In this document: positions 11,762-26,104 of the stretch, one piece after another
How the letters are laid out: every line of letters begins with the position of its first letter
How positions within the stretch are numbered: the first letter of the stretch is position 1
Origin: Pristiophorus japonicus
Taxonomy: Eukaryota
Length of the DNA: 64,000 nucleotides
NCBI RefSeq assembly: GCF_044704955.1
Contig: NW_027254447.1
Location: forward strand, 186,001 to 250,000
Direction of reading: 5' to 3'
Made by a program: the position numbers and the translations under genes
Notes under the pieces: generated by a model
The model's input: only the letters and a program-made list of their open reading frames with translations
Database searches by the model: none
Told to the model about the DNA's origin: nothing

Positions 11762-13440
11762 CTTTTTTTTATTCGTTCACGGGATGTGGGCGTCGCTGGT
11801 AAGGCCAGCATTTATTGTCCATCCATAATTGCCCTTGAGAAGATGGGGGGGGGGAGCCATCTTCTTGAACTGCTGCAGTGCGTGTGGTGAAGGTACTCCC
11901 ACAGTACTGTTAGGGAGGGAGTTCCAGGATTTTGACCCAGCGATAATGAAGGAATGGCGATATGCTTTCAAATCAGGATGGTGTGTGACTTGGAAGGAAA
12001 CGTGGAAATGGTGGTGTTCCCATGCGCCTGCTGCCCTTGTCCTTCTAGTTGGTAGAGGTCGTGGGTTTGTGAGGTACTGCCGAAGAAGCCTTGGCGAGTT
12101 GATGCAGTGTATCTTGTACATGGTAAACACTGCAGCCACGGTACATCGATGATGGAGGGAGTGGATGTTTAAGGTGGTGGATGGGTGCCAATAAAGCGGG
12201 CTGCTTTGTCATGGATGGTGTCAAGCTTCTTGAGTGTTGTCGCAGTTGCATTCATCCAAGCAAGTGGAGAGTATTCCATCACACTCCTGACTTGTGCCTT
12301 GTAGATGGTGGAAAGGCTCTGGGGAGTCAGGAGGTGAGACACTCACCATAGAATACCCAGCCTCTGACTTGCTCTTGTTGCCACAGTATTTATGTGGCTG
12401 TTCCAGTTAAGTTTCTGGTCAATGGTAACCCCAAGGATGTTGATGGTAGGGGATTCGGCTATGGTAATGCCATTGAATGTTATGGGGTGGTGGTTAGACT
12501 CTTGCTTGTTGGAGGTAGTCATTGCCTGGCACTTGTGTCGTGACTGTTACTTGCCACTTATCAGCCCAAGCCTGAATGTTGTCCAGGTCTTGCTGTACGC
12601 AGGCATGGACTGCTCCATTATCTGAGGAGTTGCGAATGGAACTGAACACTGTGCAGTCATCAGCGAACATTCCCACTTCTGACCTTATAATGGAAGGAAG
12701 GTCATTGATGAAGCAACTGAAGATGGTTGGGCCGAGGACACTGCCCTGAGGAACTCCTGCAACGATGTCCTGGGGCTGTGATGATTGACCTCCAACTACC
12801 ACAACTATCTTCCTTTGTGCTAGGTATGACTCCAGCCAGCATAGAGTTTTCCCCCAGATTCCCATTGACTTCAGTTTTACTACAGCTCCTCGATGCCGCA
12901 CTCGGTCAAATGCTGCCCTGATGTCGAGGGCAGTCACTCTCACTTTGCCTCTGGAATTCAGCTCTTTTGACCATGTTTGGACCAAGGCTGTGATGAGGTC
13001 TGGAGCCGAGTAGTCCTGGCGGAACCCAAATTGGGTATCGGTGAGCAAGTTATTGGTGAGTAAGTGCCGCTTGATACCACTGTTGGTGACAACTTCCATC
13101 ACTTTGCTAATGATTGTGAATAGACTGATGGGGCGGTAATTGACCAGATTGGATTTGTCCTGCTTTTTGTGGCAGTTTTCCACATTGTCGCATCGATGCC
13201 AGTGTTGTAACTGTACTCGAACAACTTGGCTAGAGGTGCGGCTAGTTCTGGAGCACAAGTCTTCAGCACAACAGCCGGTGTATTGTTGGAACCCATAGCC
13301 TTTGCTGTATCCAATGCATTCAGCTGTTTCTTGATATCACGTGGAGTGAATCGAATTGGCTGAAGACTGGCTTCCTTAGGAGGAGGCCGATATGGATCAT
13401 CCTCTCGGCACATCTGGCTGAAGATGGTTGTAAACACCAG
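11762..13440 (-). mobile_element. CR1-like LINE (second family), 5'-truncated RT
   Basis: ORF 12494..13258 has [25 protein letters not shown] and FADD; 3' end ACATCCCGTGAACGAAT-polyA. Confidence 0.9.
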
Positions 13441-13444
13441 CCTT

Positions 13445-14580
13445 TTCTTCTCAGAAGATCAAGATGTAGAACCAGTTTGTGTCAAGATAAGAAATAATAA
13501 GGGAAAGAAATCACTGGTAGGAGTAGTCTATAGGCCCCCTAACAGTAGCTACACTGCAGGACAGCATATAAATCAACAACACATGGAGGCTTGTAAGAAA
13601 TACTGCAATAATCATGGGTGATTTTAATCTTTTTGATTGGACAAATCAAATTGGCAAAGGTAGCCTTAAGGAAGAGTTCATAGAGTGTATTCGGGATGTT
13701 CTTAGAACAATACGATGTGGAGCCAACCAGGGAGCAGACTATTTTAAATCTGGTAATGTGTAATTAATGATCTCATAGTAAAGGATCCTCTTGGGAAGAG
13801 TGATCATAACATAGTATAATTTCAAATTCAGTTTGAGGCTGAGAAACTTGGGTCTCGTACTCGTGCCCTGAACTTAAATAAAGGCAATTACAAAGGAAGG
13901 GTAAGATGGTAGATAAGCAGTGACAGACATTTAAGGAGATATTTTATAACTCTCAGCAAAGACATATTCCAGTGAGAAAGAAAGACTCTTAAGAAGAACC
14001 AGCCATGGCTAACTAAGAATTTTTTGAGGATGTAACTGGTAGAGTGGACAAGGGAGAACCAGTGGATGTGGTGTATTTGGACTTTCAAAAGGCTTTTGAC
14101 AAGGTCCCACACAAGAGATTGGTGTGCAAAATTAAAGCACATGGTATTGGGGGTAATATACTGACGTGGATAGAGAATGTTGGCAGATAGGAAGCACAGA
14201 GTCGGGATAAACGGGTCCTTTGCAGAATGGCAGTGACTAGTGGGGTGCCGCAGGGCTCAGTACTGGGACTCCAGCTATTTTCTGATGTTGGGGAAGTCCA
14301 GAACCAGGGGTCACAGTCTCAGGATAAGGGATAAGCCATTTAGGACTGAGAAGAGAACTTCTTCGCTCAGAGATTTGTGAACCTGTGGAATTCTCTACCA
14401 CAGAAAGTTGTTGAGGCCAGTTCGTTAGATGTGGCCCTTACGGCTAAAGGGATCAAGGGGTATGGAGAGAAAGCAGGAATGGGGTACTGAAGTTGCATGA
14501 TCAGACTTGATCATATTGAATGGCGGTGCAGGCTCGAAGGACCGTATGGCCTACTCCTGCACCTACTTTCTATGTTTCTG
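13445..14580 (+). mobile_element. Mosaic of internally deleted CR1 fragments
   Basis: Endonuclease (GVVYRPPN), RT and 3' tail segments. Confidence 0.82.
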
Positions 14581-15666
14581 ACCTCACTGCAGTACAGCGG
14601 CACTCAGATTTTCCACACCAGTTGTGTAGGGTAGTTTTATAGAAAGTTATCAGCATCCAGTCACAATACAAATCCGGCACTGGTTCATGAATGGGATCAC
14701 CCGATTGATACAGTCGAGATTTATAACTTCCTCTACCACAGGGCTACCTGTAAAATTCTGAATCGCTTTCTGGATTATATCCACAGGTACCTGGGCTGTA
14801 CCACAATTGTTCTCAGTCTATGAGAACCAAGTTAAGGGCCTGTTCTCGATCACCTTCAACACTGTTCTGGAGAACTCAATGCACCGAAACAAAATTACCA
14901 AATTTGAAATGTCCACTTTCACACTTCTGTCTTGGTGCCTTCAATAGATGCACTTTGTGACACTCCTCACATCCTCACTGTCAAGCTGTGTTTCCACTGT
15001 TCAATGTCCAAGAGCAGACACGGTGAGATTGGGAATCAGGAACATTTACTACTGATTTGTGAAAGAAAGCAGCAATGACTTGAAAGAGTGCGGTGATTAA
15101 CTTTCTCTGTTGCCTTACACTGTACACACACAACCCGGGATATCTCCGCTCCCTTCCCCCACTCACTCCATGTTCCCAAACTACTTCCTGCTCCACTCTG
15201 CCTCTTACAAACAGCCCCCGATACCCCGACACAAAGCCCATTTACGGACATAGTCTCAATGTGATGAGCTGCTGGAAGGAGGCTGCTGTTTGCTCTCTTA
15301 CTCGGGCCCAGGATATCTCCGCTCCCTGATGTGTTCAACGATCATCAGCCAAGCACAGAGGAAACGGCAGCCGCTGGCAGAGCTGGGGGAGGGGAGGTCG
15401 CAAGGGCCCTTCCCGTCGGGTTAAACACTGGGCGGGGAGAGGGTACCGGGAAGGAGCAGGCAAATATTTCAATGCTGGAGCGTGAAGTCTGGAGGCAGAT
15501 CTGGAAGCTCAGAGGCTGCTGTCTCTGCTCAACCTGTCACTCTGATTCTGGTTCCTCCTTGCCTCTCTCACACTCTGCCTTCCTCAACCAGGTCCGGGCT
15601 GGCTTCATAAACTCTCGCCATCCAGATGTGTTTATCATTCAATTTATGTTCCTGTGAAGAATTATG

Positions 15667-15976
15667 ATGTCTGGCCGAGGTAAAGGAGGCAAAGGACTGG
15701 GTAAAGGCGGAGTCAAACACCACCGTAAAGTGCTCAGTGATAACATTCAGGGCATCACCAAACCTGCCATCTGCCACCTGGATCGCTGTGGCGGTGTCAA
15801 GTGGATCTCGGGTCTGATCTACGAGGAGACCCACGGGGTGCTGAAGGTTTTCCTGGAGAATGTGATCAGGGATGTGGTCACCTACACTGAACACACCAAA
15901 CGCAAAATGGTCACAGCCATGGATATAGTGTACGCTCTGAAGCGGCAGGGCCGCACTCTATGGATTCGGCGGCTGA
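15667..15976 (+). pseudogene. H4: Histone H4 pseudogene
   Basis: H4 sequence with many substitutions, a 2-nt deletion near the C-terminus and no 3' stem-loop; the upstream region is homologous to the intact H4 promoter. Confidence 0.9.
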
Positions 15977-16036
15977 ACAACGTGACCCTGGGGCAGTTTG
16001 ACTATTTTTCTGATCATTTACTCACCAGATTGACAA

Positions 16037-17940
16037 TCATAGAATCATGGAAATTTACAGCACAGAAGGAGGCCATGTCCATGCCAGCCAACAGGAGGCT
16101 ATCCGACCTAATCCCACTTCCCAGCTTTAGGTCCGCAGGTTACAGCGCCTCAAGTGCACATCCAAGTACTTTTTTAAAACGTGGTGAGGGTTTCTGCCTC
16201 AGCCACCCTTTCAGGCAGTGAGCTCCAGGCCCCCAACACCGTCTGGGTGGAGAAATCGCCCCTCAAATCACCTCTAAACCTTCTACCAATTACTTTAAAT
16301 TTATGCACCTAGTTGTTGACCCCTCTGCTCGGAAATAGGCCCTTTCTATTCACTATATCTAGGCCCCTCATAATTTTATACACCTCAGTCTCCTCTGTTT
16401 CAAGGAAAACAAACCCAGCCTATCCAATCTGTCCTCATAGCTAAGATTCTCCACTCCTGGCAACATCCTCGTAAATCTCCTCTGTACCCTCTCCAGTGCA
16501 ATCACATCCTTCCTGTAATGCGGTGACCAGAACTGTGGCCTAACTAGTATTTTATACAGTTCAAGCATAATCACCCCTGCTCTTGTATTCTATGCCTCAG
16601 CTAATAAAAACAAGCATTCCGTATGCCTTCTTATCCACCTTATCTACCTGGCCTGCCAGCTTCAGGGATTTGTGGACATGCACTTGCTTTGTTCTTCTAC
16701 ACTTTTCAGTGACCTACCATTTAATGTGTATTCCCTTTCCTTGTTAGCCCTCCCCAAATGTATTACCTCACACTTCTCTGGATGGAATTCCATTTGCCAC
16801 TGTTGTGCTCAATAAGATCACCTCACATTCTTCTAAACTGCAATGAATATAGGCCTAAACTGCTCAACCTTTCTTCATAACCCCCTCATCTCACGAATCA
16901 ACCTCGTGAACCTTCTCTGAACTGCCTCCAATGCAAAGAGACCAAAACTGTATAAAGTACTCCAGGTGTGGTGTCACCAACACCCTGTACAGTTGTAGCA
17001 GGTCTTCCCTACTTTTATACTCCATCCCCCCTTGCAAAAGAGGCCAACATTCCATTTGCCTTCTTAATTACTTGCTGTACCTGCATGCTAACTTTTTGTG
17101 TTTCATGTACAAGGACCCGCAGATCCCTCTGTACTGCAGCATTTTCTAATCTTTCCCCATTTAAATAATTTGCTTTTATATTTTTCATACCAAAGTGGAT
17201 AACCTCACATTTTCCCACATTATACTCCATCTCCCAAATTTTTGCTCACTCACTTAGCTTATCCATATCCCTTTGTAGATTCTTTGCGTCTTCCTCACAA
17301 ATTGCTTTTCCACCTATCTTTGTATCATCAGCAAATTAAACTACATTACTCTTGGTCCCTTCATCCAAGTCATTAATATAGATTGTAAATAGTTGAGTTC
17401 CCAGCACTGATCCCTGTGGCACCCCACTAGTTAGTTTGCCAACCTGAAAATGACCTATTTATCCCAATTCTGTTTTCTGTTAGTTAGCCAATCCTCTATC
17501 CATGTCAATATATTACTCCCAATTCTGTGAGCTCTTATCTTGTGCAGTAACCTTTTATGTGGCACCTTATCGAATGCCTTCTAGAAATCCAAACACATGA
17601 CACCTACTGGTTCCCCTTTATCCACCCTGCTCATTACATCCTCAAAGAACACCAATAAATTTGTCAAGCATGATTTCCCTTTCATAAAACCATGCTGACT
17701 CTGCTTGACTGTACCATGATCTTCTAAATGTCCTGCTGCTACTTCATCAATAATGGACTCCAGCATTTTCCCAATGACTGATGTTAGGCTAACAGTTTCC
17801 TGCTTTCTGTCTCCCTCCTTTCTTAAATAAGGGAATTACATTTGCTGTTTTCCAATCAAAAATCCAGGATCCAGGGATTTTTGGCAGATTACAACCAATG
17901 TAGCCACCATCTCTGTAGCCACTTCTTTTAATACCAGAGA
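16037..17940 (-). mobile_element. Old CR1 fragments
   Basis: RT motifs in ORFs 16368..16574, 17015..17230 and 17581..17766; 3' tail near 16037. Confidence 0.85.
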
Positions 17941-17954
17941 GAGAAACAGTGTCT

Positions 17955-18406
17955 GACCTATCAAGAAAGACTGGATCAACTGGGCTTGTATTCACTGGAG
18001 TTCAGAAGAATGAGAGGGGACCTCATAGAAACATTTAAAATTCTGACGGGGTTAGACAGGTTAGATATAGGAAGAATGTTCCCAATGTTGGGGAAGTCCA
18101 GAACCAGGGGACACAGTCTAAGGATAAGGGGGAAGCCATTTAGGACCGAGATGAGGAGGAATTTCTTCACCCAGAGAGTGGTGAACCTGTGGAATTCTCT
18201 ACCACAGAAAGTTGTTGAGGCCAATTCGCTAAATATATTCAAAAAGGAGTTAGATGAAGTCCTTACTACTAGGGGAATCAAGGGGTATGGTGAGAAAGCA
18301 GGAATGGGGTACTGAAGTTGCATGTTCAGCCATGAACTCATTGAATGGCGGTGCAGGCTAGAAGGGCCGAATGGCCTACTCCTGCACCTATTTTCTATGT
18401 TTCTAT
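17955..18406 (+). mobile_element. CR1 3' fragment (young family)
   Basis: ORF 17986..18315 plus tail; near-identical to 60165-60614. Confidence 0.9.
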
Positions 18407-21400
18407 GTATTGCTTCCAGCTTGGTTAGCCCAATCTATATGCATATCAAAGTCACCCATAATAACTGCTGCACCTTTATTGCATGCACCCCTAATTTCCT
18501 GTTTGATGCCCTCCCCAAGGTGTGGCCTCACCAAGGCCCTGTACAACTGCAGTAAGACCTCCCTGCTCCTATACTCAAATCCTCTCGCTATGAAGGCTAA
18601 CATGCCATTTGCCTTCTTCACCGCCTGCTGTACCTGCATGCCAACTTTCAATGACTGATGCACCATGACACTCAGGTCTCGTTGCACCTCCCCTTTTCCT
18701 AATCTGTCACCATTCAAATAATATTCTGCCTTTCTGTTTTTGCCACCAAAGTGGATAACTTCACATTTATCTACATTCTACTGCATTTGCCATGCTTTTG
18801 CCCACTCACCTAACCTGTCCAAGTCACCCTGCAGCCTCTTAGCTTCCGCCTCAAAGCTCACACTGCCACCCAGCTTAGTGTCATCTGGAAACGTGGAGAT
18901 ATTACATTCAATTCCTTCGTCCAAATCATTAATGTATATTGTAAATAGCTGGGGTCCCAGCACTGAACTTTGCGGTACCCCACTTGTCACTGCCTGCCAT
19001 TCTGAAAAGGACCCGTTCATTCCTACTCTTTGCTTCCTGTCTGCAAACCAGTTCTCTATCATGTCAATATATTAGCCCCAATACAATGTGCTTTAATTTT
19101 GCACACTAATCTCTTGTATGGGACCTTGTCAAAAGCTTTTTGAAAGTCCAAATACACCATATCCACTGGTTCTCCCTTGTCCACTCTAGTTACATCCTCA
19201 AAAAATTCTAGAAGATTTGTCAAGCCTGATTTCCCTTTCATAAATCCATGCTATCTTGGACCGATCCTGTCACTGCTTTCCAAATGCGCTGCTATTACGT
19301 CTTTAATAATTGATTTCAACATTTTCCCCACTACCGATGTCAGGCTAACCGGTCTATAATTCCGTGTTTTCTCTCCCTCCTTTTTTAAAAATTGGGGTTA
19401 CATTAGCTACCCTCCAATCCATGGGAACTGATTGAGAGTCTATAAAATGTTGGAAAATGACCACCAATGCATCCACTATTTCTAGGGCCACTTCCTTCAG
19501 TACTCTGGGATGCAGATTGTCAGGCCCTGGGGATTTCTCGGCCTTCAATCCCATCAATTTCCCTAACACAATTTCCTGACTAGAAACATAGAAAATAGGT
19601 GCAGGAGCTGAATGTAATGGCTGAACATGAAACTTCAGTACCTGCCTCCTGCTTTCTCGCCATACCCCTTGATCCCTCGAGTAGTAAGGACTTCATCTAA
19701 CTCCCTTTTGAATATATTTAGTGAATTGGCCTCAACTACTTTCTGTGGTAGAGAATTCCACAGGTTCACCACTCTCTGGGTGAAGAAGTTTCTCCTCATC
19801 TCGGTCCTAAATGGCTTACCCCTTATCCTCAGACTGTGACCCCTGGTTCTGGACTTCCCCAACATTGGGAACATTCTTTCTGCTTCTAACCTGTCTAAAC
19901 CCCGTCAGAATTTTAAACATTTCTATGAGGTCCCCTCTCATTCTTCTGAACTCCAGTGAATACAAGCCCAGTTGATCCAGTCTTTCTTGATAGGTCAGTC
20001 CCACCATCCCGGGAATCAGTCTGGTGAATCTTCGCTGCACTCCCTCAATAGCAAGAATGTCCTTCCTCAAGTTAGGAGACCAAAACTGTACACAATACTC
20101 CAGGTGTGGCCTCAGCAAGGCCCTGTACAACTGTAGCAACACCTCCCTGCCTCTGTACTCAAATCCCCTCGCTATGAAGGCCAACATGCCATTTGCTTTC
20201 TTAACCGCCTGCTGTACCTGCATGCCAACCTTCAATGACTGATGTACCATGACACCCAGGTCTCGTTGCACCTTCCCTTTTCCTAATCTGTCACCATTCA
20301 GATAATAGTCTGTCTCTCTGTTTTTACCACCAAAGTGGATAACCTCACATTTATCCACATTATACTTCATCTGCCATGCATTTGCCCACTCACCTAACCT
20401 ATCCAAGTCACTCTGCAGCCTCATAGCATCCTCCTCGCAGCTCACACTGCCACCCAACTTAGTGTCATCCGCAAATTTGGAGATACTACATTTAATCCCC
20501 TCGTCTAAATCATTAATGTACAATGTAAACAGTTGGGGCCCCAGCACAGAACCTTGCGGTACCCCACTAGTCACTGCCTGCCATTCTGAAAAGTACCCAT
20601 TTACTCCTACTCTTTGCTTCCTGTCTGACAACCAGTTCTCAATCCACGTCAGCACACTACCCCCAATCCCATGTGCTTTAACTTTGCACATTAATCTCTT
20701 GTGTGGGACCTTGTCGAAAGCCTTCTGAAAGTCCAAATATACAACATCAACTGGTTCTCCTTTGTCTACTGGAAACATCCTCAAAAAATTCCAGAAGATT
20801 TGTCAAGCATGATTTCCCTTTCACAAATCCATGCTGACTTGGACCTATCATGTCACCATTTTCCAAATGCGCTGCTATGACATCCTTAATAATTGATTCC
20901 ATCATTTTACCCACTACTGAGGTCAGGCTGACCGGTCTATAATTCCCTGTTTTCTCTCTCCCTCCTTTTTTTAAAAAGTGGGGTTACATTGGCTACCCTC
21001 CACTCGATAGGAACTGATCCAGAGTCAATGGAATGTTGGAAAATGACTGTCAATGCATCCGCTATTTCCAAGGCCACCTCCTTAAGTACTCTGGGATGCA
21101 GTCCATCAGGCCCTGGGGATTTCTCGGCCTTCAATCCCATCAATTTCCCCAACACAATTTCCCGACTAATAAAGATTTCCCTCAGTTCCTCCTCCTTACT
21201 AGACCCTCTGACCCCTTTTATATCCGGAAGGTTGTTTGTGTCCTCCTTAGTGAATACCGAACCAAAGTACTTGTTCGATTGGTCTGCCATTTCTTTGTTC
21301 CCCGTTATGACTTCCCCTGATTCTGACTGCAGGGGACCTACGTTTGTCTTTACTAACCTTTTTCTCTTTACATACCTATAGAAACTTTTGCAATCCGCCT

Positions 21401-24135
21401 TAATGTTCCCTGCAAGCTTCTTCTCGTACTCCATTTTCCCTGCCCTAATCAAACCCTTTGTCCTCCTCTGCTGAGTTCTAAATTTCTCCCAGTCCCCGGG
21501 TTCGCTACTATTTCTGGCCAATTTGTATGCCACTTCCTTGGCTTTAATACTATCCCTGATTTCCCTTGATAGCCACGGTTGAGCCACCTTCCCTTTTTTT
21601 ATTTTTACGCCAGACAGGAACGTACAATTGTTGTAATTCATCCATGCGGTCTCTAAATGTCTGCCATTGCCCATCCACAGTCAACCCCTTAAGTATCATT
21701 CGCCAATCTATCCTGGTCAATTCATGCCTCATACCTTCAAAGTTACCCTTCTTTAAGTTCTGGACCATGGTCTCTGAATTAACTGTTTCATTCTCCATCC
21801 TAATGCAGAATTCCACCATATTATGGTCACTCTTCCCCCAAGGGGCCTCGCACAATGAGATTGCTAATTAATCCTCTCTCATTACACAACACCCAGTCTA
21901 AGATGGCCTCCCCCCTAGTTGGTTCCTCGACATATTGGTCTCGAAAACCATCCCTGATGCACTCCAGGAAAGCCTCCTCCACCGTATTGCTTCCAGTTTG
22001 GCTAGCCCAATCTATGTGCATATTAAAGTCACCCATTATAACTGCTACACCTTTATTGCATGCACCCCTAATTTCCTGTTTGATGCCCTCCCCAACATCA
22101 CTACTACTGTTTGGAGATCTGTACACAACTCCCACTAACGTTTTTTGCCCTTTGGTGTTCTGCAGCTCTACCCATATAGATTCCACATCATCCAAGCTAA
22201 TGTCTTTCCTAACTATTGCATTAATCTCCTCTTTAACCAGCAATGCTACCCCACCTCCTGTTCCTTTTATTCTATCCTTCCTGAATGTTGAATACCCCTG
22301 GATGTTGAGTTTCCAGCCCTGATCATCCTGGAGCCACGGCTCCGTAATCCCAATCACATCATATTTGTTAACGTCTATTTGCACAGTTAATTCATCCACC
22401 TTATTACGGATACTCCTTGCATTAAGACACAAAGCCTTCAGGCTTGTTTTTTTAACACCCTTTGTCCTTTTAGAATTTTGCTGTACAGTGGCCCTTTTTG
22501 TTCTTTGCCTTAGGCTTTTCTGCCCTCCACATTTCCTCATCTCCTTTCTGTCTTTTGCTTTTGCCTCCTTTTTGTCTCCCTGCATTGGTTCCCATCCCCC
22601 TGCCATATTAGTTTAACTCCTCCCCAACAGCACTAGCAAACACTCCCCCTAGGACATTGGTTCCGGTCCTGCCCAGGCGCAGACCGTCCGGTTTGTACTG
22701 GTCCCACCTCCCCCAGAACCGGTTCCAATGCCCCAGGAATTTGAATCCCTCCTTGCTGCACCACTGCTCAAGCCACGTATTCATCTGCGCTATCCTGCGA
22801 TTCCTACTCTGACTAGCACGTGGCACTGGTAGCAATCCCGAGATTACTACTTTTGAGGTCATACTTTTTAATTTAGCTCCTAGCTCCTTAAATTCGTTTC
22901 GTAGGACCTCATCCCTTTTTTTACCTATGTCGTTGGTACCAATGTGCACCACGACAACTGGCTGTTCTCCTTCCCATTTCAGAATGTCCTGCACCCGCTC
23001 CAAGACATCCTTGACCCTTGCACCAGGGAGGCAACATACCATCCTGGAGTCTCGGTTGCGGCCGCAGAAACGTCTATCTATTCCCCTCACCATTGAATCC
23101 CCTATCACTATCGCGCTCCCACTCTTTTTCCTGCCTTCCTGTGCAGCAGAGCCAGCCACGGTGCCATGAACTTGGCTGCTGCTGCCCTCCCCTGATGAGT
23201 CATCCCCCCCAACAGTACTCAAAGCGGTGTATCTGTTTTGCAGGGGGATGACCACAGGGGACCCCTGCACTACCTTCCTTGCACTACTCTTCCTGCTGGT
23301 CTTCCATTCCCTATCTGGCTGTGGACCCTTCTCCTGCGGTAAGACCAACTCACTACACGTGATACTCACGTCATTCTCAGCATCGTGGATGCTCCAGAGT
23401 GAATCCACCCTCAGCTCCAATTCCGCAACGCGGACCGTCAGGAGCTCGAGGCGGATACACTTCCTGCACACGTAGTCGCCAGGGACACCGGAAGTGTCCC
23501 TGAGTTCCCACATGGTACAGGATTTACTTCAGTTCCTCTTTCTTGCTAGACCCTCGGTCCCCCAGTATTTCCGAAAGGTTATTTGTGTCTTCCTCAGTGA
23601 AGACAGAACCGAAGTATTTGGTCAATTGTTCTGCCATTTCTTTGTTCCCCATTATAAATTCACCTGATTCTGACTGCAAGGGACTTACATTTGTCTTCAT
23701 TAATCTTTTTCTCTTCACATATCTATAGAAGCTTTTTCAGTCACTTTTTATGTTCCCAGCAAGCTTACTCTCATACTCTATTTTCCCCCTCCTAATTAAA
23801 CCCTTTGTCCTTCTCTGCTGAATTCTAAATTTCTCCCAGTCCTTAGGTTTGCTGCTTTTTCTGGCCAATTTATATGCCTCTTCCTTGGTTTTAAAACTAT
23901 CCCTAATTTCCCTTGTTAACCACGGTTGAGCCACCTTCCCCATTTTATATTTATGCTAGACAGGGATGTACAATTGTTGAAGGTCATCCATGCGATCTTT
24001 AAGTGTCTGCCATTGCCTATCCACCGTCAACCCTTTAAGTATCATTTGCCAGTCTATCCTAGCCAATTCACGTGTCATACCATCGAAGTTACCTTTCTTT
24101 CAGTTCAGGACCCTAGTCTCTGAGTTAACTGTGAC
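18407..24135 (-). mobile_element. CR1 LINE (host copy) split by a younger CR1
   Basis: ORF2 pieces 18516-19581 and 23520-24135 are colinear across the insertion. Confidence 0.85.
19582..23519 (-). mobile_element. Near full-length young CR1 LINE, frameshifted, lacking its 5' UTR
   Basis: ORF1 22608..23513 (SGNH esterase); ORF2 broken into 21827..22606, 21550..21855, 20937..21674 and 19816..20784; highly similar to 56630-60614. Confidence 0.95.
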
Positions 24136-24544
24136 AAGGACACTGTTTGTATCATGGTTTCCTCTCTCCAGATACTTTACTTTATTATAAACATTTCCAT
24201 TCATTACAACTTTATTTTATATTCTCTGTCTCAGTCGTCCATATCATAACTAATATTTTTCTGGTATTATTATTCACAAAGCAAAATACTTCATTGAGCC
24301 AGTATAAATCTGATATTTCCTTCATCTGGAATACAAGGAAAAGTGCAAGCAGCTCCTTCTCACAGTGAGTGCATTATCATTCACAGAGCGCAGAGACACA
24401 GAACTGGCCTCAATCCTATTATCACAGGCAGCAGAAGCTGTCACTCCAACAGTGATCCGAAGTGGCTGAGTTACATTGTGAATCTTACGGCCACTGGAGC
24501 GGTAGGATCCAATGCTGTTTCACCATTGAAACAGATCAGATTCA

Positions 24545-26104
24545 TACGAGATACTGAAATATACAGAATAAAACCCACACTTGCACACCAGAAGCTGATG
24601 GGTATAGATTAAAACCCACACTCATAGACCAGAAACTGTCAGGTACAGATTAAACCACACACTTTTTAGCAGAAACTGATGGTTACATATTAAACCCACA
24701 CTCATACCAGAAACTGACAGCTATGGGATAAAACCAACACTCCAATACCAGAAACTAACAGGTACAGATTAATCCCACATTTTTTTTTACCAGAAACTAA
24801 CAGGTACAGATTAATCCCACATTTTTTTTTTACCAGAAACTGACAGATACAGAATAAAACCCACACTCATATACAGAAATGACAGTTACAGATTAAACCC
24901 ACACTCGTATACCAGAAACTGACAGGTACAGGTTAGACCCACACTCATATACCAGAAACTGACAGGTACAGATTAAACACACACTCATTTACCAAAAACT
25001 GACAGGTACAATTTAAACACACACTCATATACCAGAAACTAACAGGTACAGATTAAACGCACACTCATATACCAGAAACTGACAGGTACAGAATATCATG
25101 CACACTCACATACAGAAACTGCCAGGTACAGATTAAACCTCACACTCATATCAGAAACTGACAGGTATCGAATAAAATACACATACATATTCCAGAAACT
25201 GACAGGTCCAAATTAAAACACACATTCACATACCAGAAACTGACAGATATAGATTAAACACACACTCACATCCCAGAGATGGGCAGGTAATAAAATACAC
25301 ACTCATATACCAGAAACTGACAGGTACAGAATAAAATACACACTCGCATACCAGAAACTGGTAGGTACAGATTAAACCCCACACTCACATACCAGAGATT
25401 GAAATGTATAGAATAAAATGCACACTCACATATCATAAACTGACAGTTACAGAAAAAAAGAACACACTCACATACCAGAGACTGACAGGTACAGAATAAA
25501 ATACTCATTAATATATCAGAAACTGACAGGTACAGAACAAACACGCACTCATATACCAGAAACTGACGGGTACAGAATAGTAACCCACACTCATATAGCA
25601 GATACTGTCAGGTACAGATTACACCCTACACTCATATACCAGAAACTGACAGGTACAGATTAAAATACCCACTCGCATATTAGAATCTGATATGTACAGA
25701 TTACACCCCACACTCACATACCAGACACTGACAAGTACAGGTTAAAACCTATACTCACACATCAGATACTGACAGGTACAGATTAAACCCACACACATAT
25801 GGCAGAAACCGACAGTTGCAGAATAGAAACCCACACTCACATACCAGAAACTGACAGTTCCAGATTAACCCCACAGTCATACATCAGAAATTGACAGGTA
25901 CAGATTAAAGACCACACTCGCATACCAGAAACTGATATGTATAGATTAAATCTCACATTCACATATCAAAAACTGACAGTTAGATATTAAACCCACATTC
26001 ATATACCAGAACCAAGAGGAACAGAATAAAATCCACACTCACAAAGCAGCTGACAGGTGCAGATTAACCCCACAGCCATACCAGAGACTAACAGGTACAG
26101 AATA
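24545..26104. repeat. Diverged minisatellite array, ~40-42 bp unit
   Basis: Tandem copies of ACCAGAAACTGACAGGTACAGATTAAACCCACACTCATAT. Confidence 0.95.

Noticed and set aside
15664-16221. 185-aa H4 fusion protein with a novel C-terminus
   Set aside because: Produced by a 2-nt deletion in a heavily mutated H4 that reads through into antisense CR1 tail sequence
24545-26104. CRISPR-like regular repeats
   Set aside because: The units are contiguous with no unique spacers, there are no cas genes and the context is eukaryotic; this is a minisatellite
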